A DNA stretch of 64,000 bases from Elusimicrobiota bacterium (GTDB lineage Bacteria; Elusimicrobiota; Elusimicrobia; UBA1565). Under the pieces are notes generated by a model, which was given only the letters and a program-made list of their open reading frames with translations, searched no databases and was not told the origin of the DNA. The stretch covers positions 2,379 to 66,378 of the forward strand of contig JBDREN010000049.1 of the NCBI GenBank assembly GCA_043819795.1, read 5' to 3'. The position numbers were made by a program, and so were the translations under genes. Below are positions 44,701 to 51,465 of this stretch, piece after piece (within the stretch, counting starts at the first letter, position 1; each line of letters opens with the position of its first letter).

Positions 44701-45680
44701 ACCGTCTCCTGCTCACGGACATGCGGATGCCGGAGACGGACGGCGCGGACCTGGCGCGGGAGGTGCGCCGGGACCCGGCCTTGGCGGACGTTCCGATCGT
44801 GGTGATGACCTCGCTGGGGCAGTCGCTTCCCGCGGACCAGGCGCGCGAGGCCGGGATCGTGGGCTGGCTCTACAAGCCGGTCCGGTCGGCGGAGCTTCTC
44901 GCCTGTCTCGCCTTGGTCCTGGGCAAGGGCGGGCGGGAGCCCGCGGGGCCGGCGCCCGCACCTCCTCGATGGCGCGCGCGACGCAGACAGCGTCTTCGCG
45001 TGCTTCTCGTCGAGGATAACCCCGTGAACCGGAAAGTAGCCCTGATCCAGCTCGACAGGCTGGGGTACCAGGCCGACGCGGCGGCCAACGGCCTGGAGGC
45101 GCTCCGCGCGTTCGAGAAGGGCTCCTATGACCTGGTGCTCATGGACTGCGAGATGCCGGAGATGGACGGCTATCAGGCGACCGCGGAGATCCGCCGCCGC
45201 GAGGGGGCCCAGGATCGCGTCCCCATCATCGCCATGACGGCGCACGCGCTGAAAGGGGACCGCGAGAAGTGTCTGGCGGCCGGGATGGACGACTACGTCT
45301 CCAAGCCGGTCCGGTTCAAGGACCTGTCGGCGGCGCTGGCGCGCTGGGAGGATCCGCTGGACCGTTCCGTCGTGGACGATCTGCGCGAGGTCGCCGGCGA
45401 TGTGAGCGAGGTGGCCGGCGTCTTCCTGGAGGACGCCCCGAAGCGGATCGCGGCGATGCGCGGAGCCGTCTCGGCGGGCGATTCCCATAAGCTCGCTTTC
45501 GAGAGCCACCAGCTCAAGGGCGCGAGCGGCAGCATTGGCGCGAGGCGTCTGCGCCGGCTCTGCGCCCGGATCGAGGCGATCGCCAAGTCGGGCGCCGTCT
45601 CCGAGGTCGAGGGGCTCCTCAGCGGGCTGGAGGACGAGTTCCAGGAGGTTCAGGCGGGGCTCGAGAGGAATACTAGATAG
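41706..45680 (+). CDS. Soluble hybrid sensor histidine kinase (GAF, PAS repeats, HisKA, HATPase_c, 2x REC, HPt)
   Basis: No TM segment. GAF-like N-terminus and PAS repeats (FRDVTEQKRAE, FWDITERKRAE, VAQDITERKRME boundaries). H-box MSHELRTPLNAIIGMSDLL, G-boxes DTGLGI / GGTGLGLAI, receivers VLVVDDN..LLLTDMRMPETDG and VLLVEDNPVN..LVLMDCEMPEMDG, HPt ESHQLKGASGSIGA. TTG start at 41706 (alternative ATG 41763). Confidence 0.9.
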   Translation: MAAALDDKRGRNFLHYIKDMRAGRAGSEKARLAAAAESGLLDTPPEERFDRITRIARRHFGTSVAYISLVDADREWFKSRQGLRLRSVPREVSFGARVVRKSGVFSLVDARKDPKFSEHPLVAGGPRVRFVAACPLSTSDGSRVGALAIADRKPRRLGKGDLGALRDLARIAEAELRASGAHDPAAGTLRRVRDLQDFVDNVPELIQSVAPDGSFRYVNRAWRRALGYDEDDVARLNLFDIIAPESFAHCQDVFKRVMSGEYVQDMEAVFLAKGGGKVFLSGSANCHMESGKPTHTRAIFRDVTEQKRAEAELRKRTYELGERVKELNCLYGISALSERADISLEEFLQETAELILRSWQYPEVTCARITLEGREFRTRNFRESPWKQTADLQARGARFGSVEVYYLEKRPRRYEGPFLKEERRLLNAIAERLGKIAQRRRVEDALRKGEAGYRTLVDNLPQKVFLKDENSVYLSCNERYARDLKIRPEEILGRTDYEFFPRELAEKYRTDDKRIMESGRIEDLEEEYIEDGRRAIIQTVKTPIKDDSGVVVGVLGIFWDITERKRAEQKLRQLSLAVEHSPNIVMITDPEGKIEYVNPAFSSVAGYAPEDVLGRGAGELGEQSAEEQGRMWAAIRSGTVWRGEFPNKTKSGGSYWELASIAPIKDEDGNITHFVKVAQDITERKRMEAELAKARDQALAAAKAKAQFLAKMSHELRTPLNAIIGMSDLLLDTPLKHQQREYASTVHDSGEVLLSLINDVLDFSKLEVGKLQLESVEFDLRLLLEEAAQLCSFQAHAKGLEVLLAMPDDVPSALRGDSGRLRQILMNFLGNAVKFTEKGQVVLLASKEEEDERRAMLRLAVADTGLGIEPETQARLFEAFTQADASTTRRFGGTGLGLAISRQIIERMGGEFGVESSPGIGSTFWCRVPFEKAPGEGSAEAARKPDFSGARVLVVDDNAANREIMRERLSGWGMRPDVAAGAPEALDRLRREAAGPDPHRLLLTDMRMPETDGADLAREVRRDPALADVPIVVMTSLGQSLPADQAREAGIVGWLYKPVRSAELLACLALVLGKGGREPAGPAPAPPRWRARRRQRLRVLLVEDNPVNRKVALIQLDRLGYQADAAANGLEALRAFEKGSYDLVLMDCEMPEMDGYQATAEIRRREGAQDRVPIIAMTAHALKGDREKCLAAGMDDYVSKPVRFKDLSAALARWEDPLDRSVVDDLREVAGDVSEVAGVFLEDAPKRIAAMRGAVSAGDSHKLAFESHQLKGASGSIGARRLRRLCARIEAIAKSGAVSEVEGLLSGLEDEFQEVQAGLERNTR

Positions 45681-45712
45681 TATAAGGCGCAGTTTCCGGA
45701 GGAGGCCGCCAT

Positions 45713-47005
45713 ATGACATCCGAAACCCGTGGGTACGCGATCGTCTTGAGCGCGCTCCTGCTTCTGGCCGGGGGAGCCGGGGCCGGTCATGCGGCGCCGG
45801 ACAAGCTGGGGAAGGTCAACGTCCTGGGCGTCTGGAAAGGCGAGGAGCTGCGCAGCTTCCGGGCCGTGGTGAAGCCGTGGGAAAAGGAGACGGGCGGCAA
45901 GATGCGTTTCGAGGGCAGCCGGGACCTGTCGGCCGTCTTGACGGCTCGGGCGGCGAAGGGCGACGCGCCCGACGTCGCCATCCTGCCCAATCCCGGCCTC
46001 ATGGTCCAGCTGGCGAAGACGAAGAAGCTCGTCCCCCTCGACGGGATGCTGGATATGACGCATTTCGAGGCGGAGTACGCGCGGACCTGGATCGAGCTGG
46101 GATCGGTGGAGGGCAGCCTCTACGGCGTCTTCTACAAGGCCGCCAACAAGAGCACGCTTTGGTACAGCCCCCAGCAGTTCTCCGACCACCAGTGGCCGAT
46201 CCCGCGGACCTGGAAGAGCCTCCTGGCGGTGTCGGAAAGGATCCACGAGGAGGGCAAGACCCCCTGGGCCCTGGGCCTGGAAAGCGGGGATGCGAGCGGC
46301 TGGCCGGCCACCGACTGGATCGGCGAGATCCTGCTCAAGGAGTACGGCCCGGAGAAATACGACGCGTGGGTCGCGCATGAGATCCCCTGGACCGACGAAG
46401 CCGTGCGCTCGGCGTGGGAGAATTTCGGGCGGATCGCGCACGGCGAGGGATACGTGGCGGGAGGCGCTTCCGGGATATTGACCACCGGCTTCCGGGAAGC
46501 GGCGTACCGGGTCTTCCGGAAGCCACCGAAGGCGTATCTCTACTTCCTCGGGAGCTTTACCAAGAAATTCATCACCGAGCGGTTCTCCGGCCTGATGCCG
46601 GCGAAGGACTATTCCTTCATCCCGTTCCCGGCCTTGAACCCCGCATACAGCGGGGCCGTGACCGGCGGGGCGGACGTGGTCGTCGTGTTCAAGGACAACG
46701 CGACCACGCGCTCGTTCATCAACTATCTCGCCTCGGCCGAGGCTCAGGAGATCTGGGTCGAGCGCGGGGGCTTCACGGCCGTCAACCGGAAGGTCAGGCT
46801 CCACAGCTATCCCGACTGGGTCTCCGCGCGGATCGCCTTGCAGCTGTCGAACGCCAAGGTCTTCCGCTTCGACGCCGACGACCAGATGCCGGCCGAGGTC
46901 CAGAAGGCCTTCTGGAAGGGAGCGCTCGACTACGTCCGTGATCAGGCGAGCCTGGACCGCGTCCTCGAAGACATCGAAGCCGTCGCCCGGAAGGCCTACC
47001 GGTAG
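45713..47005 (+). CDS. ABC transporter extracellular solute-binding protein (family 1, sugar-type), orphan
   Basis: Signal peptide YAIVLSALLLLAGGAGAGHA and family-1 SBP pattern (VNVLGVWKGEE..DVAILPNPGLM..YKAANKSTLWY). No permease or ATPase genes follow. Confidence 0.85.
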   Translation: MTSETRGYAIVLSALLLLAGGAGAGHAAPDKLGKVNVLGVWKGEELRSFRAVVKPWEKETGGKMRFEGSRDLSAVLTARAAKGDAPDVAILPNPGLMVQLAKTKKLVPLDGMLDMTHFEAEYARTWIELGSVEGSLYGVFYKAANKSTLWYSPQQFSDHQWPIPRTWKSLLAVSERIHEEGKTPWALGLESGDASGWPATDWIGEILLKEYGPEKYDAWVAHEIPWTDEAVRSAWENFGRIAHGEGYVAGGASGILTTGFREAAYRVFRKPPKAYLYFLGSFTKKFITERFSGLMPAKDYSFIPFPALNPAYSGAVTGGADVVVVFKDNATTRSFINYLASAEAQEIWVERGGFTAVNRKVRLHSYPDWVSARIALQLSNAKVFRFDADDQMPAEVQKAFWKGALDYVRDQASLDRVLEDIEAVARKAYR

Positions 47006-47177
47006 CGTTGAAGCGGCCCGCTCGTAATGGGAAGGCCGTTCCCAAGCGAATCCGCGAGAGAGTGAGCGTCCTGGCCGGGTCGCCGCGTCTGTGTCTCCCC
47101 GGAAGGAACGAATGAATGCGTAGGCCGCGGGGCGAGCTTGCGGCGCTGGAAAGAATCCGCCGGTGTTGAACGCCGGT

Positions 47178-47220
47178 CCGCACGGCTGGGGATAGATCGG
47201 GAAAGTCCCCAGCCGTGCGG
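47178..47220. other. Perfect 15-bp stem hairpin (CCGCACGGCTGGGGA / TCCCCAGCCGTGCGG, 13-nt loop)
   Basis: Arms at 47178-47192 and 47206-47220 are exact reverse complements, followed by TGCTTTG. Possible weak terminator of the SBP transcript or a structured RNA element. Confidence 0.6.
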
Positions 47221-47470
47221 TGCTTTGAGGCCTGCCCGAGTATCCTAGCCCGAATTCCCCGTCTGGATCGCTGGATTCGACGCAAGATGCCGGGACTTTT
47301 CTGTGCGAAATGTCTCGACCGCACGGTTTCCTGACAGGGAGTGGAAGCGGCATTTCCTCGTGGTGACGCTTGGTCATGCCGCAGCGGGTACGCTCTCCAA
47401 ATTCCGCGTTGAACTGGCCTCGGCCTCTTGCATCTCGGTCCCACGCGCCCAACTGGGGAATCCGGGCCAG

Positions 47471-47771
47471 GTGTAGTGAACCATAAATCCCTTGACATTC
47501 GGGCGATCGATTTCGGCCTCCGGCTAGGCGCGGGGAGCGCGCATGCCCGCAGGTATGTAAGCGACGAGCAACGACGCCGGAAGCCAAAAGCGCCCGCCCC
47601 CTCCTCCTTGACGCGGACAGCGGCGAAATTCTATGGAAAGGGGAGGCCCGATCCCGGCCGATTCCCACGTTGCTCCTCGGTTGCATAGCTTAAGCCATGC
47701 GCCCTCATCGCGCCTCGAAATCGACTCGGGCTCGGGCCTCCAAATGACAAGGGATTTATGATTCACTACAC
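47471..47771. mobile_element. MITE-like non-autonomous element (~300 bp) bounded by 29-bp terminal inverted repeats
   Basis: GTGTAGTGAACCATAAATCCCTTGACATT (47471-47499) versus the reverse complement of 47743-47771 (GTGTAGTGAATCATAAATCCCTTGTCATT) matches at 27/29. Imperfect complementarity continues inward (CGATCGATTTCGG / CGAAATCGACTCG). No ORF inside. Confidence 0.45.
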
Positions 47772-47941
47772 TAGCGATGGCCACTTACTGATTCGGATGG
47801 GGCAAATCCTTTCTATAGCGCAGTATTGTTAAATATGAAACATGTGGCGCTGCTAAACGTTGCAAAAGAGAAACTAGAAGCAGTTTGGAGGCATTCTGAA
47901 CTGGTCAAAAAGAACGAAAAAAACGCAACTATTGGTGGCTA

Positions 47942-47970
47942 TTGCAAAATGGAACGATATCTGCTATAAT
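47942..47970 (+). promoter_or_regulatory. Promoter of the PAS/AAA+ regulator gene (sigma-70 TTGCAA-17-TATAAT, overlapping a sigma-54-like GG-N10-GC element)
   Basis: TTGCAA 47942-47947, 17-nt spacer, TATAAT 47965-47970 with TG at 47962-47963. Also TGGAACGATATCTGCT (47950-47965). RBS GGGAG lies 7 nt before ATG 48011. Confidence 0.5.
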
Positions 47971-48010
47971 AGAACCATAGCATACGTTTCCAGCCGCCGG
48001 GAGTTGATAT

Positions 48011-49369
48011 ATGCAGTTTGAAGGCCAAGGTCGTTTTTTCGAGACCATCCTCCGTTGTGTCGCTGACGGCGTGTTCACGGTGGACCGCGACTGGCGTATC
48101 ACCTCCTTCAATAAGGCGGCCGAGCGCATCACGGGCATGAGCGCCCGGCAGGCCATGGGCAAGAGATGCTCCGAAGTCTTTCACGCGGACCTCTGCGGTG
48201 ACGGCTGCGCCATCAGGCGGGCTCTCGAGACCAAACGCGAGGTCATCGAGCAGCCGGCCAATATCCGCGACCAGCGCGGCAGGGCGATCCCGATAAGCAT
48301 CAGCGCGGCCGTGCTTCGGGGGGAGGACGGGACCGTCCTCGGCGGGGTCGAGACGTTCCGCGACCTGTCGGCCATCGAGCAGCTCAGGCGCGAGATCCGG
48401 AGCCAGTACACCTTCGAGGAGATCGTCGGCAAGAGCGAGGCTTTCCAGAAGGTGTTCTCCATCCTGCCGGACGTCGCCGCCAGCGAGAGCACGGTCCTCA
48501 TCGAAGGCCCGAGCGGCTCCGGCAAACAGCTCCTGGCGCGGACCATACACAACCTGAGCCCCCGCCGGGATCGGCCTTACGTCGTGGCGAACTGCGGGAT
48601 GATGCCGTCCGGCCGCTGCGCGTCCGAGCTTTTCGGCCACGTGCGAGGCGCCTTCAAGGACGCCAAGGGGGACCGGCTCGGCCGCATCGCGCAGGCCGAA
48701 GGGGGGACCATCTTCCTGGACGAGATCGGCGACCTGTCGATGGAGAGCCAGGTCAGGCTCCTCAAGGTCCTTCGGGACGGAGAATACGAGCCGCTGGGCG
48801 GCGTCAGTCCCCGGCGCGCCGATGTGCGCGTGGTCGCTGCCACGAGCAAGAGCCTGCCGGATCTGGTCGGGCGGGGGCTTTTCCGCGACGATCTCTACTT
48901 CCGCCTGGCGGTGGTGCGGCTGAGCATACCGCCCCTGTCCGAGCGGCGCGAGGACATCCCCTGCCTGGTCGAGCACTTCGTCCAGCGCTTCAACGCCAAG
49001 CGCGGCAAGAGCATCCAGGGGGTGACGCCCGCGGCCATGGAGCTTCTCATGCGCCATGGTTTTCCCGGGAACGTGCGCGAGCTGGAGAACCTGATCGAAT
49101 GCGGCTTCGCTCTATGCCACGGCGGATGGATGGACGTCGGCCATCTGCCCGAGGATCTGAGGCCGTCGCGGCGGCCGGGCGCCGCCGGGCGCCGCCTCGA
49201 GGGCGCGTCCCTGCTCCGGCACATCGAGGCGGACGCGGTCCGCGCCTCCTTGGGGCGGAACGCGGGCCATCTCGGCCGCACGGCCGAGGAGCTGGGCATC
49301 AGCCGGACCACGTTGTGGCGCAAGATGAACAAGTACGCCATCGAAGCGGACGAGTTCCGGGCCGGTTGA
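48011..49369 (+). CDS. PAS-domain AAA+ enhancer-binding-protein-type transcriptional regulator (NtrC family, no receiver domain; GAFTGA replaced by GAFKDA)
   Basis: N-terminal PAS (ILRCVADGVFTVDRDWRITSFNKAAERITG), Walker A GPSGSGKQ, ELFGHVRGAFKDA, GGTIFLDEIGDL, RVVAAT, FRDDLYFRL, GNVRELEN, C-terminal Fis-type HTH GISRTTLWRKMNKY. Confidence 0.9.
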   Translation: MQFEGQGRFFETILRCVADGVFTVDRDWRITSFNKAAERITGMSARQAMGKRCSEVFHADLCGDGCAIRRALETKREVIEQPANIRDQRGRAIPISISAAVLRGEDGTVLGGVETFRDLSAIEQLRREIRSQYTFEEIVGKSEAFQKVFSILPDVAASESTVLIEGPSGSGKQLLARTIHNLSPRRDRPYVVANCGMMPSGRCASELFGHVRGAFKDAKGDRLGRIAQAEGGTIFLDEIGDLSMESQVRLLKVLRDGEYEPLGGVSPRRADVRVVAATSKSLPDLVGRGLFRDDLYFRLAVVRLSIPPLSERREDIPCLVEHFVQRFNAKRGKSIQGVTPAAMELLMRHGFPGNVRELENLIECGFALCHGGWMDVGHLPEDLRPSRRPGAAGRRLEGASLLRHIEADAVRASLGRNAGHLGRTAEELGISRTTLWRKMNKYAIEADEFRAG

Positions 49370-49388
49370 CCCGGGGGGAGAGAACGCG

Positions 49389-50762
49389 GTGAGCACCCAA
49401 AGGAAATACAGCTACTTCGTCGAGCCCAAGGCGCTCGAGGTCGCGGAGCGTCCGCGAAAATTCCTCATGGCATTCGCGGCCGTGCTGAAGAACGCCAGCT
49501 ACGGGCTGGCGCTCGATACGTACGCGCGCCTGAGCACCAAATGCGGGCGTTGCGTGGCCTCCTGTCAGCTCTATCAGACCACGCGCGAGGAGCGGGACAT
49601 CCCCTGCCATCGCTCCGAGCTCCTGCTGCGGGTGTACCGGCGGTACTTCACGCATTCGGGCCGCCTCAAGGCCAAGATATTCAGCGGTTTCGAGTTGACG
49701 GACGCCTACTTGGACGAGATGGGCGAGGCCTACTACCGCTGCACCGCCTGCCGGCGGTGCAAGGCCACCTGCCCCATGGGCATCGACCACGCCCTGGTCA
49801 CTCATCTGGCCCGGTGGCTGCTCTCGGAGATCGACGTCATCCCCAAGGCGCTGTTGGTGGCGACGCGCGAGCAGCTCGAGGGCGTCGGCAATACCTCGGC
49901 CATCCCGGTCCCCGCGCTCAAGGACACCTGCGAGTTTCTGGAGGAGGAGCTCAAGGAGATCACCGGCGTGGACATCAAGTTCCCCATGGATGTCGAGGGC
50001 GCCGAGTACGTCTTCTTCCCGGCGGTCTCGGACTATCTGCTCGAGGCGGACACCCTCATGGGCAACGCGGCCGTCATGCACGTCACCGGCGGGTCGTGGA
50101 CCATCGGCACGGGCAACTACGACGGCATCAACTACGGCCTGTTCTACAGCGATCGCATGATGGAGCGGATCGTCAACAACGTCGTCAAGGAGGTCCGCCG
50201 CCTCAAGGGGAGGAAGGTCCTCGTCGGCGAATGCGGCCACGCCACTCGCAGCGCCTGGTACGTGCCGGCCTTCGGCGGCCCGGACGCGCCGCCGGTGGTC
50301 AATTGCTTGCAGTACGCCCACCGGATGCTCGAGGCCGGGAAGCTCCCCCTGAAGAAAGAGCTTATCAAGGAGCGGGTCACCTATCACGATCCGTGCAATA
50401 TCGCCAGGAGCGGGCGGATCACCGAGGAGCCTCGGGAGCTCCTTAAGGCTATCTGCGGGGACTTCGTGGAGATGACGCCGAACCGCGCGGAGAACTACTG
50501 CTGCGGCGGAGGCGGCGGCACGGTCTCCATCGACGAGATCCGGGCTTTCCGCACGGGTCTCATGGGAAAGCGCAAGGCGGATCAGATCCGCGCGACCGGC
50601 GCCAAATACGTCGTGTCGCCCTGCGCCAACTGCAAGAAACAGCTCCGCGAGGTCTGCGAGGACAACGGCCTCAACGAGGTCGAGGTCGTGGGCCTGCACG
50701 ACCTGCTGCTGAAGGCGATCGACTTCGGGGTCCCCGAGAAGAAAGGAGAGGACGATGGGTGA
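49389..50762 (+). CDS. HdrD/DsrK/HmcF-like iron-sulfur protein (2x 4Fe-4S + CCG domain), cytoplasmic
   Basis: CGRCVASCQLY and CTACRRCKATCPMGIDH ferredoxin motifs. CCG-domain signatures YHDPCNIARS and NYCCGGGGG. Confidence 0.85.
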   Translation: MSTQRKYSYFVEPKALEVAERPRKFLMAFAAVLKNASYGLALDTYARLSTKCGRCVASCQLYQTTREERDIPCHRSELLLRVYRRYFTHSGRLKAKIFSGFELTDAYLDEMGEAYYRCTACRRCKATCPMGIDHALVTHLARWLLSEIDVIPKALLVATREQLEGVGNTSAIPVPALKDTCEFLEEELKEITGVDIKFPMDVEGAEYVFFPAVSDYLLEADTLMGNAAVMHVTGGSWTIGTGNYDGINYGLFYSDRMMERIVNNVVKEVRRLKGRKVLVGECGHATRSAWYVPAFGGPDAPPVVNCLQYAHRMLEAGKLPLKKELIKERVTYHDPCNIARSGRITEEPRELLKAICGDFVEMTPNRAENYCCGGGGGTVSIDEIRAFRTGLMGKRKADQIRATGAKYVVSPCANCKKQLREVCEDNGLNEVEVVGLHDLLLKAIDFGVPEKKGEDDG

Positions 50763-51465
50763 GCTAGAGATCTGGACCGAGTGGGCGCGCGGGCCGCTGT
50801 TCAGGGCCGCGCTGGCGTTCATGATCCTGGGCCTTCTGCGTCACGCGGCGTTGACCATATGGGAGCTGGCGGGGATCATGTACCGCGCCGGCGACAAGGC
50901 CTTCCCGTGGAGGCGGGCATTCTCCGCCACGCTAAAATGGCTTTTCCCGGTGGGGCAGATCAAGAACCGTGTCCTCTACAGCCTGACCACGCTCGGCTTC
51001 CATGCCGCCGTCATCATCGTTCCCGTTTTTCTCGCGGGCCACGTCGCGCTCTGGGAGCGGGGCACGGGCCTGTGCTGGCCGACCATCCCCAACGGCGTGG
51101 CGGACGTGCTGACGATCATGGCCGTGCTCGCGGCGGCCTTGCTCGTGGCGGAGCGCGCGGCCGCGCGGGACTCCCGGGCGCTGAGCCGCTTCCAGGACTA
51201 CGCCTTGCCCCTGCTCGTGGCCGCGCCCTTCGCGACCGGCTTCCTGGTCATGCATCCGGCTTTAAACCCGTTCGGCCATGAAGCGACGATTCTGGTCCAC
51301 GTGTTGAGCGCGGATATTCTGTTCATCCTCATCCCGCTGACCAAGCTGAGCCACATGATCCTGCTCCCGGGCACGCAGATCATCTCCGAGCTGTCCTGGC
51401 ATTTCCCGCCGGACGCCGGCAGGAAAGTGGGCGTCGATCTCGGGAAGGAGAAGCAACCCATATGA
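50755..51465 (+). CDS. NarI/DsrM/HmcE-like membrane cytochrome b subunit
   Basis: 8-nt overlap with the upstream gene. About 5 TM helices with conserved His (LLRHAAL, GFHAAVIIVP, GHVALWE, HVLSADILF, KLSHMILLP). Confidence 0.7.
   Translation: MGELEIWTEWARGPLFRAALAFMILGLLRHAALTIWELAGIMYRAGDKAFPWRRAFSATLKWLFPVGQIKNRVLYSLTTLGFHAAVIIVPVFLAGHVALWERGTGLCWPTIPNGVADVLTIMAVLAAALLVAERAAARDSRALSRFQDYALPLLVAAPFATGFLVMHPALNPFGHEATILVHVLSADILFILIPLTKLSHMILLPGTQIISELSWHFPPDAGRKVGVDLGKEKQPI

Noticed and set aside
47199-47210. GGGAAAGTCCCC, resembling the RNase P RNA CR-I motif GAGGAAAGUCCGGGC.
   Set aside because: It forms the loop and arm of a simple hairpin. The other universally conserved RNase P blocks (ACAGAA.., AGGGUGAAA..) are absent.
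47271-47282. CTGGATTCGACG, reminiscent of the conserved 5' region of tmRNA (ssrA).
   Set aside because: It is preceded by CCCC rather than the GGGG acceptor start. No tRNA-like T-arm/CCA end and no tag reading frame ending in ..LAA-stop was found nearby on either strand.
47835-47969. 44-aa ORF (MKHVALLNVAKEKLEAVWRHSELVKKNEKNATIGGYCKMERYLL) in the AT-rich island.
   Set aside because: No Shine-Dalgarno sequence upstream, it overlaps the predicted promoter of the regulator gene, and no family is recognised. It could be a real small protein, but that cannot be supported from the sequence alone.
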